Assembly: GCA_018651445.1 (NCBI GenBank)
Contig: JABIDZ010000089.1
Span: 1 to 32,121, forward strand
Reading direction: 5' to 3'
From: Candidatus Iainarchaeum sp.
GTDB taxonomy: Archaea; Iainarchaeota; Iainarchaeia; Iainarchaeales; JAAZKV01
Length of the DNA: 32,121 bases
A program made the translations under genes and the position numbers. Positions within the stretch are counted from its first letter, which is position 1. Each line of letters begins with the position of its first letter. Below are positions 25,501-31,713 of this stretch, in pieces. The notes below the pieces were generated by a model. It worked only from the letters and a program-made list of their open reading frames with translations. It did not search any database and was not told the DNA's origin.

Positions 25501-25864
25501 CTAAGTCTTTTGCTTGGGCCTTATCTAAAAATAATTCTGGTTCTTCTTCAGATTCATCCTCATCAGAATCTTCCTCATCTTCTGCTTCTTCCTCGTCGTC
25601 TTCCTCTTCGTCGTCATCTGTTTCTTCTTCGTCTTCTTCGCTATCCTCGTCCTCTTCTTCGCTTTCGTCGTCTTCCTCTTCTTCCGCGTCTTCTTCAGTT
25701 TTTCGTTTTTTCTTTTCTTTTTCACTTAGTTCTTCAGCTTTTGCTTTTAGTTTTTGTTTAGAAGCTTTCTTTTCGTCGTCTTCGCCAAACACGTCGTCGA
25801 AGATGTCGTCACTAGTATCAATACTCTTCTCTACACGATCATTGTCATAAACTGAATCTGCCAT
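22565..25864 (-). CDS. HerA/FtsK-superfamily (DUF87-type) P-loop ATPase with two poly-acidic inserts and C-terminal wHTH-like region
   Basis: Walker A VFVCGARGSGKSYVLG. Walker B WLFIDEAHTLIPG. HerA-style YVKQGRRPGLSLVFATQQPSAIDSKVLSQLDVIMAHKL. D/E runs at about nt 25537..25696 and 23299..23490. LNEAEILAVKLLESKHDIHSLSENMGMEPGNVKRVLEKLAEKDMVKVE looks MarR/wHTH-like. The ATG at 25864 is preferred over the upstream in-frame GTG at 25873. Confidence 0.8.
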   Translation of the reverse strand: MADSVYDNDRVEKSIDTSDDIFDDVFGEDDEKKASKQKLKAKAEELSEKEKKKRKTEEDAEEEEDDESEEEDEDSEEDEEETDDDEEEDDEEEAEDEEDSDEDESEEEPELFLDKAQAKDLEKKARELEKKINPKKSKSNYNQIVKEGLAKSIEAGITAGSAAKVKEVTGKLNLKVEIDEEEIIKPKKKTKATPLEKNIIKNVIKNKANKATKKDDLADYLLKEHGTKEEGASAEWGFEKEAEVIGEKAELDALKAENANVKTKIKPKINFLMNEVTGNAYIGRKKSVLKKYGDQGGLHIGRVGEEELSKTPIYLDGLNPHVVFVCGARGSGKSYVLGVLAEELALKNKNVGIVVVDPIGVFWSMKHPNRDEKELELLAEWEIMPQGLDNLKVLIPVGMKDSVPKSTYNSTFSIQPSLLTAEDWALTFGMDRFSPTGLLLDKVLEKIKKGYTTKGDNPKQVRGKEQTYSIDDLVNCLEFDSELNDREKGYKPESIRAITSRFDAAKSWGIFDEAGTPLSMISRAGQMTILDTSFLDDTVSALVIGIISRRLLSARKLSTRREAAGKFEDNGVEDLVEINVPPTWLFIDEAHTLIPGGNSKTPASKAIVEYVKQGRRPGLSLVFATQQPSAIDSKVLSQLDVIMAHKLVFDDDVKAIQKRTPTIIPAPYKKPNFIKTLPVGTALTGDRQETTARAFVMNIRPRMSQHEGRDAETIEVKHDMGQEQVELLAMRITLKKLEKDPSIKIETLEQIIETLESTYKKKIAFETVQELLEEQGVEFDEERLYAKGVLAEMEAEETAENEEEDAESEDGEENEESEEDSEDRDEEDDDENDSEDDEEETDDDEDEDNDDEEYEASVELTALQPTVVEAQARLLLAKLRLKKALGLFGEEEIVDRLGMKYATLYKIRYNYFSQKDAFQVGEAYINSQTGEFIHDNKGSLVESVGLPQLLHLNEAEILAVKLLESKHDIHSLSENMGMEPGNVKRVLEKLAEKDMVKVEKQKDRMVYNLKEKIDLPPSPLHAIMPSIGKRPIIEVESVPLLRPNIEEKEAVDLIKKVWKNISVKEVTHLFLPVWEGVLKKKTGEERVVRIDAINGRQIK

Positions 25865-26281
25865 ATTACTCACTTATTATTTCTCTAATTAAGAGGGAGT
25901 TTTTGCTTAAAAAACCTTTTCCTCTGCCTTTTCTTTTAAAAAAGAAAAGGTAAGTTGTCAAAAGAAAACTTTGGGGTTATGTTTGCTTTTTTCCATTACC
26001 TTTTTAAAAAGAATGAGAACAAATATTATCGTGTTGGGAGTGAACTTTACAAAGTTTTTACTTTGTTGAGTTCGGCAAAACAAATGTTTTGCAAGAGGAG
26101 ACAAATCACACCGTTTATCGGTTCCCTGGTTTGTCTTCTTTAATTTTATTTCTGTGCTTTCTTTTGATGTGACAAACGGTTGTTTGTAACACCCGTAAAA
26201 CTTTAGTTTTGTTAGGGAAAAGAAAGTAAAGTTCTACAAAGAAAAACGTGTTATCCTTTAGATAACACTAGTTTATTAGTT

Positions 26282-26614
26282 TTATTTGTCTGCGCCGTGT
26301 ACTTTTAACTCATGATTTTCTTTTCGCATATATAGTTTTCTCAAATTGTTTTCAGCGATATCTGCTAAGGTAAAACCTAGTTTATCCGCTAATGCAGAGA
26401 TATACCAGAGCGCGTCTCCTAGTTCTCCTGCTAAACCTTGTTTGTCTACTTCGCTTAGCACACCGTCTTTGTTTCGGTGAATGATTTTCATTCGCCCCGC
26501 GAATTCTCCTGCTTCGCTTACTAAACCAAGCGCATAATAATCTAGATTATTTTCTTTAGAAATAACATTCAAATCAGTTCGCTTAGCTCTTTCTTGATAC
26601 TCGTCTAAATTCAT
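26282..26614 (-). CDS. MazG-like nucleoside triphosphate pyrophosphohydrolase (small all-alpha NTP-PPase)
   Basis: LDEYQERAKRT...GLVSEAGEFAGRMK...LAGELGDALWYISALADKLGFTLADIAENNLRKL carries the EExGE/ExxD-type motifs of the MazG family. The ATG at 26614 is preceded by aaggag; the ORF-track start at 26641 is an upstream ATG. Confidence 0.8.
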   Translation of the reverse strand: MNLDEYQERAKRTDLNVISKENNLDYYALGLVSEAGEFAGRMKIIHRNKDGVLSEVDKQGLAGELGDALWYISALADKLGFTLADIAENNLRKLYMRKENHELKVHGADK

Positions 26615-26618
26615 TTTA

Positions 26619-27224
26619 TCACATCTCCTTAACTTTTTCATAAATTGTTTTCCAATCTTTACACGAAATAACGTTTGATTGATTATTCACATTTGCATGT
26701 TCATAAAGAAAAATAGTTCCATTGTATTCTTCACCTAAAAGTTCGGCTATTTGTGGTTTATCATCAATTACTCCAATAAACCGAGAATTATTTTCTTTGA
26801 TAAATTTTGCTTTCCATTCGTCTCCTTTGTTAAAAGGCAATTCTGATGGCCTACAAATAATTTCTGCTTTTGGAAAATTATTTTGTTCGAGCCATTTTTG
26901 TGTTCCGTCTTTTACTTTGTCTGGCCTTGTTGTTGTATACGCTGAAATGGGTATGATTTTACTAATCTTAGTCAGATATGTATTTGCTCCGTCAATTAAT
27001 GGGAGTTTCGTTTGTAGTTCATTTGAAAATCTTTGTTCTTCCATCCAAGCTTCTGCTTCTTTTGTTTGCCAGTAAGGTACATTTTGTGTGTATCTATATT
27101 TAGCAATCAATTGGTTTTGTGAAAGATTTTCAGGATTTCCAAATAATTTTTGCATTGTGCCTACCCAATAACCAATTGTCCATGAAAGTGTTTCATCAAT
27201 ATCTATTGCTAGTCCGGGGATCAT
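26619..27224 (-). CDS. HAD-superfamily phosphatase, 5'(3')-deoxyribonucleotidase (NT5C)-like
   Basis: MIPGLAIDIDETLSWT has the DxDxT nucleophile motif at the N-terminus, and a late GVIDDKP motif is present. The stop lies 4 nt before the MazG ATG. The ORF-track start at 27290 is an upstream TTG. Confidence 0.65.
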   Translation of the reverse strand: MIPGLAIDIDETLSWTIGYWVGTMQKLFGNPENLSQNQLIAKYRYTQNVPYWQTKEAEAWMEEQRFSNELQTKLPLIDGANTYLTKISKIIPISAYTTTRPDKVKDGTQKWLEQNNFPKAEIICRPSELPFNKGDEWKAKFIKENNSRFIGVIDDKPQIAELLGEEYNGTIFLYEHANVNNQSNVISCKDWKTIYEKVKEM

Positions 27225-27365
27225 TTTATCAGTTAAGTTGTAATCCAAAACAGTTATAATTAGAAATGTAGAGTGAGTAATAATCAACAATCAGTTCTAA
27301 TCTCTAAGTTTATTAGAGCGAAATCTATATGAATAGTTTATTTTGTTTCTAGATTGTGTAGAAAA

Positions 27366-27713
27366 CTAGTTGAATTGATCTTTACACGCTTGTGCATACG
27401 AGTTATATGCGGTGGAAACAGCATTTCTACAACTTTCAATTGCTTCGCCAGTCTCGCCGTTACAATTTGAAGCAGAAATCTGTAACATGGCATCATACAT
27501 CGAACCACATTCTTTAAGCATAGCAGTGTTAATTGAATTTACTTTTGATTCCAATTCATTGATTTCAATTTGCATTGGCTGGGTAAGTTCTGCGATTGTT
27601 TTGTCTTGGTCTGCATTGTGTATTGCAAGATTGTTCATTTGTGTAAAAACAATTAGGAACAATAATAGAATTATTACGATTTGCACAATTATTACTTTCA
27701 TTAATTTGTCCAT
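27366..27713 (-). CDS. Small N-terminally anchored/secreted protein with four Cys, unknown function
   Basis: N-terminal hydrophobic helix VIIVQIVIILLLFLIVF, then a helical domain with C..C and C..C pairs. No family recognised. Confidence 0.5.
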   Translation of the reverse strand: MDKLMKVIIVQIVIILLLFLIVFTQMNNLAIHNADQDKTIAELTQPMQIEINELESKVNSINTAMLKECGSMYDAMLQISASNCNGETGEAIESCRNAVSTAYNSYAQACKDQFN

Positions 27714-27820
27714 AGATTATGTTGATTTTTATTATATTTAAAGATTGTGCCGTTCATCAATTTTTCGTTGTAAAAATAGGGGCTGCTAAAAGCGCCCAAG
27801 TGCTGCCGGCTTGCCGGCAA

Positions 27821-27832
27821 CGCAGAGTGAGG
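27821..27832 (-). repeat. Orphan copy of the 3'-terminal 12 nt of tRNA-Ser (att-like direct repeat)
   Basis: Minus strand CCTCACTCTGCG is identical to tRNA positions 73-84 (30997..31008). Looser similarity (TTCNA of the T-loop) extends ~10 nt further 5'. It is followed by the GC-rich palindrome tgccggcaagccggca (27803..27818). Confidence 0.45.
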
Positions 27833-27951
27833 ACGTCGAAAAAAAAGTTCAAATCTTTTTGTGATTCTCTCTCTTTGAGAGACCAATTTTGTCACATCTA
27901 TTAGAACTTTCATATATAAATATGTTGTGTTATTTAACATAAATTGTAGTA

Positions 27952-28509
27952 TTATTTTATGTCGCTTGGTAATTGTGTTAGCAAGTGATCTCGTACATTG
28001 GATGCCACTATTGGAGTATTGTTCAAAGTCATTGTTATTAAATATTCGTTTGAACTCCATGCGATATAATAAAGGTTTCTTACATCTCCGTCGTCGTTGT
28101 AGTATAACTTGCTTGTCCCATAATTGACGGTGTAAAAATTGTTTTCATTATGTTGTGAGTTGGATTTCATGAATTCAACTGCAGTATTCAGATTTTCTCT
28201 ATTCTCGAATTTCATTATGTTAACTATATTTGAACAAAAATCTCCATTTGTACAAATACCATTTGGATCACTAAAATTATATTTGACTGAAATTACTTTA
28301 TCTATTCCTTGGATCTGTGCTTTTATTGTATCGGGATTACAGTTCCATGCGTATTGACTGCTGTCATTTAGATAAACTCCCGAATCGGTAATATCAGGTA
28401 GGAATGAATGTAGTTCTGCATCTCCACAGTAAGTGTTTGTATCCGGGCCGAAGCATCCAAACACTAAAACAAAAAGCAACAATGGAACTATTACAAATAT
28501 CTTTTTCAT
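27952..28509 (-). CDS. Secreted/lipobox-type Cys-containing protein, unknown function
   Basis: Signal peptide MKKIFVIVPLLLFVLVFGC followed by YCGDAEL. No catalytic motif recognised. Confidence 0.55.
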   Translation of the reverse strand: MKKIFVIVPLLLFVLVFGCFGPDTNTYCGDAELHSFLPDITDSGVYLNDSSQYAWNCNPDTIKAQIQGIDKVISVKYNFSDPNGICTNGDFCSNIVNIMKFENRENLNTAVEFMKSNSQHNENNFYTVNYGTSKLYYNDDGDVRNLYYIAWSSNEYLITMTLNNTPIVASNVRDHLLTQLPSDIK

Positions 28510-28553
28510 TTAAATCAATATATATTTGTTATTTGTATTTTTAAAAGTTTGCT

Positions 28554-29927
28554 TTAACGAGTTAATTCATCAATTTTGCTTTGAATTGCTTCTCTGCTGA
28601 TTCGATTGAATTCGTTTGATGTTTCCCAAAAGCGCATAAGACTATTTTGGGATGAGCGGTAATTTGTAATGCCTTTTGCATTCCAATAACAACCGGTTTC
28701 ATCTATACAATTGACTCCAATATTTGTTTCATCAAAAGAATACTGTGATGGGATTGCTCCACAAGCACCAGTATACGGATCTTCTTGATAGTAATCTTCA
28801 AAATTATTGGTTATGTTTTTTGCACATGTGATAAAGTTGTTAAAATCTTCAAATCGAGGAACTTGTGTATTTAAGTCACCTGAACACCATGTTGGGCAAC
28901 CCGTAATATCCACATTTGGTCGATTACTTAAATCCATGGTCGCCATTGTATTCGAATATTCATCACTTAGATTTGCAAATGCGTGCCCAAACTCATGAAC
29001 TAACATTTTTGTTGCTAAGGTTTTTTCGCTAACGGGTCCAGCTACGCGGCTCATCAACACTCGATTACTTCCACCCAAACCAAGCATTTCTATACCATCA
29101 AAATCTAAGATTGTTATTACAATTCGAGAATTTGTCATTCTTGCTATGTGATTGGCTCGGTTTACACAATTCTCTCCGCTTCCATGTTGAGTATTTCCCG
29201 TAGGATAACAGTTCAGATTAAAATCCGTATAATATACATTGAATTCATTGATGTTTTCTTTTAATGGAGAATAAGCAAAAAGACCATTGTGGTCTGCAAA
29301 TTTATCAACAAATTTTTCCAAGTCCGATTCTATTAAACTAGGATCCGAATATTTGTTAAACACAAATAATAAATTAATTTGATCCTTGTTGGAACCATTT
29401 TCCATGAATATGTTGATTGGAATCGTGCCACAATCAGCTAAACAGATTTCAGATGTTTCGTTAGCACCACAATTTAGATTTCCACAGTATTCATAATCTC
29501 GTATTTCTTCTTTTGGCTGGTTTATTAATTTTTGATAATTAAACTGATTGTATATGTGTAATATCTTTTCATCAGTACTTATTTCTTCAATGTTGTAGTC
29601 ATACTGAATATCGAACGCGCCAGTAAAACTAATTGTTTGATCATCGTAGTAATTAACATCTAGAATTATTGTAGAATTGTCTTCTAAGTTGGTAAGCGTT
29701 AAATTTGTTTCAGTTATTTTCCATGAATAATATTGTGTGCCAGGTTCTGGAATAGAATACCATGTGTCAAATATTGTGTTCGTATTTGAGCAATCTTCTG
29801 GGCAGTTTTGGTAATTCTCATTGTCATTACATAACTCGTCTCCGCAAAAAGATCTTTCATAACATCCCAAAGTTGAAAAGAGAAACAGCACCAGAATTAG
29901 GATAGTAACCAAACTATATGTCTTCAT
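28554..29927 (-). CDS. Secreted zinc metallopeptidase, M64 (IgA-peptidase)-like, with CGDxxC...CxxDC modules
   Basis: Signal peptide ending STLGC. HExxH in MLVHEFGHAFANLSDEY resembles the HEFGHsF..LaDEY motif of family M64. Two small modules: FCGDELCNDNENYQNCPEDC and YCGNLNCGANETSEICLADCG. Confidence 0.6.
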   Translation of the reverse strand: MKTYSLVTILILVLFLFSTLGCYERSFCGDELCNDNENYQNCPEDCSNTNTIFDTWYSIPEPGTQYYSWKITETNLTLTNLEDNSTIILDVNYYDDQTISFTGAFDIQYDYNIEEISTDEKILHIYNQFNYQKLINQPKEEIRDYEYCGNLNCGANETSEICLADCGTIPINIFMENGSNKDQINLLFVFNKYSDPSLIESDLEKFVDKFADHNGLFAYSPLKENINEFNVYYTDFNLNCYPTGNTQHGSGENCVNRANHIARMTNSRIVITILDFDGIEMLGLGGSNRVLMSRVAGPVSEKTLATKMLVHEFGHAFANLSDEYSNTMATMDLSNRPNVDITGCPTWCSGDLNTQVPRFEDFNNFITCAKNITNNFEDYYQEDPYTGACGAIPSQYSFDETNIGVNCIDETGCYWNAKGITNYRSSQNSLMRFWETSNEFNRISREAIQSKIDELTR

Positions 29928-30001
29928 ATTTTAATGAAGTACTTTGGAATATAAATAATTAACTTTTATTATGGTGTGGGCGGGTGATGATATTGGCAGG
30001 A

Positions 30002-30934
30002 TTATTCGTTTAGTGCATTTTTGTATTGTTTTTTGAATCGTTTGACTAGTAGTTTTGCTAGTGCAGACCCAGAGTTTTCTTTATTGCATTTGTCTAGTGC
30101 CTTGAAGTATTTTGCTTTTTCTTTTGTTTTTATATCAATCATTTGGTATCCGTTTTGATGTATTATGTAATTCATTATTACTCGGCTTGTTCGGCCGTTT
30201 CCATCTTGGAATGGATGAATTTTTACAAATTTCCAGTGTGCCCATGCGGCTAGTTCTAACGGATGTAGTTTTGACTTTAATTTGTGATACTCGGCAATAT
30301 AATTTTTCATATCTGTCAAAACATATTTTGCCGGCGTGGTTTTGAAGTCTGCGTTTCGTACATAGTTGTCTCGTGTTTTATAGTGCCCAGCAATATGTGG
30401 TTTTGTGTCTTTGAAATAGAGTTCGTGTAATTTGTGAATAAATTTATCAGATAGTCTCTCTTTTGACTCTTTAATATAGTTCAAAACTTTTTCAGCGTTT
30501 TTTGCTTCAAGTATATCTTCTAAGTCTTTGTTTGGTGCAAGATTTTCTTCTAAGATTAAAGCAACTTCCTTTGCTGTTAATGTGCTACCTTCAATAGAGT
30601 TTGAATTGAAAACAAATGTATTTACAAAGTTCTGCCCGAATTGTTCTTTACCGGTTGGATTAAGTTTGTTGAATCGTTTTATGAATGCATTGTTAATTTC
30701 ATCAATTTCATTTATTTCAATGTTTGTTAAATAGTGGAAACCAAAAATTTTCTTTCGTTCTTTTTCAATTTCTTTTTTGAAAGAAATAAATAATGATTCT
30801 AATGTTTTCTCAGAAGGTTTTTGTGTTCCAATATATTTTCGGAATTGTTTTCTTGTTTTGTTTGGAAGAGTAATTGATTCAACGAGGTAATAATATATAT
30901 TTTTGCCTCTTCGCGATTCTGCTAAATAAACCAT
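30002..30934 (-). CDS. Fic-domain protein (AMPylase family) with intramolecular inhibitory motif
   Basis: Canonical Fic motif HPFQDGNGRTSR. The upstream SNSIEGS fits the [S/T]xxxE[G/N] inhibitory helix pattern. TATA ~26 nt upstream of the ATG, so it looks leaderless. Confidence 0.9.
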   Translation of the reverse strand: MVYLAESRRGKNIYYYLVESITLPNKTRKQFRKYIGTQKPSEKTLESLFISFKKEIEKERKKIFGFHYLTNIEINEIDEINNAFIKRFNKLNPTGKEQFGQNFVNTFVFNSNSIEGSTLTAKEVALILEENLAPNKDLEDILEAKNAEKVLNYIKESKERLSDKFIHKLHELYFKDTKPHIAGHYKTRDNYVRNADFKTTPAKYVLTDMKNYIAEYHKLKSKLHPLELAAWAHWKFVKIHPFQDGNGRTSRVIMNYIIHQNGYQMIDIKTKEKAKYFKALDKCNKENSGSALAKLLVKRFKKQYKNALNE

Positions 30935-30941
30935 AATAATA

Positions 30942-30994
30942 TGTTACACAAAACAATATATAAATCTATGTGTAACAGAAGAAAGTGTGTAACA
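30942..30994. promoter_or_regulatory. Three copies of TGTGTAACA around the Fic TATA box (candidate operator)
   Basis: tgttacaca at 30942..30950 is the inverted copy. tgtgtaaca occurs at 30969..30977 and 30986..30994. The inverted pair is centred on the TATA atatataaat at 30956..30965. Confidence 0.35.
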
Positions 30995-30996
30995 AG

Positions 30997-31080
30997 CGCA
31001 GAGTGAGGGATTTGAACCCCCGCTCCCGGTAGGGAACCCGCTCTCAAGGCGGGCGCGTTTGACCACTCCGCCAACTCTGC
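30997..31080 (-). tRNA. tRNA-Ser (anticodon UGA), long variable arm, no encoded CCA
   Basis: GCAGAGU acceptor pairs with ACUCUGC plus discriminator G. D-loop has GG. Anticodon arm CCCGC-CUUGAGA-GCGGG. Variable arm UCCC..GGGA. T-arm GGGGG-UUCAAAU-CCCUC. 84 nt. Confidence 0.92.
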
Positions 31081-31195
31081 ATAATACTTGGAATCGTGAG
31101 GGTTTTTAAATTTAGCGAAGAGCAAAAAACTAGCTTTCTTTCACTCTACAAATTAATTTTTATATTGTTTAGCTCCACTTATAAAAGGTGGTATA

Positions 31196-31570
31196 ATGAC
31201 TGAATTAAATCAAGTTTACAAGTGCAAGGTTTGCGGTAATATCGTGAATGTATTACATAGAGGCATGGGAGAACTAGTTTGTTGTGGTGTTCCAATGGAA
31301 TTACAAGTAGAGAAAACTGGTGAAGAAGGAAACGAAAAACACAAACCAATAATAGAAAAAACAGATAGCGGAACGGTAATTAAAGTTGGTTCTGTGGATC
31401 ATCCAATGGAAGGAGCTCATCACATAGAATGGATAGAAGCGGTTGTTGGCGACAAGGTTTTGAGAAAGAATCTAAAAGTTGGCGAAAAACCCGAAATGAA
31501 GTTATGTGATGTAGAAATAACTTCTGCTCGCGCATATTGTAATATGCATGGTTTGTGGAAAAGCGATTAG
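31196..31570 (+). CDS. dfx: Desulfoferrodoxin (2Fe superoxide reductase)
   Basis: N-terminal desulforedoxin-like YKCKVCGNIV...LVCCGVPM. C-terminal EKHKPII...VGSVDHPME..HHIEWIE...YCNMHGLWK. SD aggtgg. Confidence 0.9.
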   Translation: MTELNQVYKCKVCGNIVNVLHRGMGELVCCGVPMELQVEKTGEEGNEKHKPIIEKTDSGTVIKVGSVDHPMEGAHHIEWIEAVVGDKVLRKNLKVGEKPEMKLCDVEITSARAYCNMHGLWKSD

Positions 31571-31578
31571 GTGGTATA

Positions 31579-31713
31579 ATGGACAAACAAAGAATACAAA
31601 ATGTTCTTCGAAGACTAGAAGACTTAGCAGATAATCTTGAAAAAGAATCTGTGTATTACCGAAAAAGCATTAAAGAAATCAAGGATGAACTAAAAGAAGA
31701 AGGCTTTCTCTAG
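31579..31713 (+). CDS. 44-codon ORF translationally coupled to dfx (below the ORF-track cut-off)
   Basis: MDKQRIQNVLRRLEDLADNLEKESVYYRKSIKEIKDELKEEGFL. It is preceded by aggtggtataatg, identical to the 13 nt ahead of and including the dfx start. The dfx stop lies inside this SD. A hairpin plus T6 follows. Confidence 0.45.
   Translation: MDKQRIQNVLRRLEDLADNLEKESVYYRKSIKEIKDELKEEGFL

Larger units (their letters stand above)
27833..30996 (-). mobile_element. Putative degenerate tRNA-Ser-linked integrated islet (no integrase present)
   Basis: Bounded by the intact tRNA-Ser 3' end and its same-orientation 12-nt duplicate. The content is entirely accessory: Fic, an M64-like peptidase and a secreted protein. 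Confidence 0.3.

Noticed and set aside
25955-26143. 62-aa ORF (54 aa from its first ATG at 25979) in the long intergenic region
   Set aside because: Its F/K/L-rich composition is typical of AT-rich non-coding DNA. It spans several strong hairpins and a TATA-like palindrome, and has no convincing SD. Left as non-coding, though a small protein cannot be excluded.
27911-27941. Similarity between catatataaatatgttgtgttatttaacat near the left islet end and caatatataaatctatgtgtaaca near the right end, as possible terminal or arm repeats
   Set aside because: Only the AT-rich 10-mer atatataaat is identical. The remaining alignment needs gaps and is within chance expectation for this composition.
27701-28060. 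119-aa minus-strand ORF and 61-aa plus-strand ORF (27719..27904) across the GC-rich att-like region
   Set aside because: The first overlaps the 3' end of the 27952..28509 gene in another frame. Both run through the tRNA-fragment and palindrome sequence. No start signals or motifs.
27833-30996. Looking for an integrase, transposase or excisionase to support the islet as an active mobile element
   Set aside because: None of the three ORFs shows tyrosine- or serine-recombinase or DDE motifs. The islet is therefore reported only as a putative degenerate integration, not as an active element.
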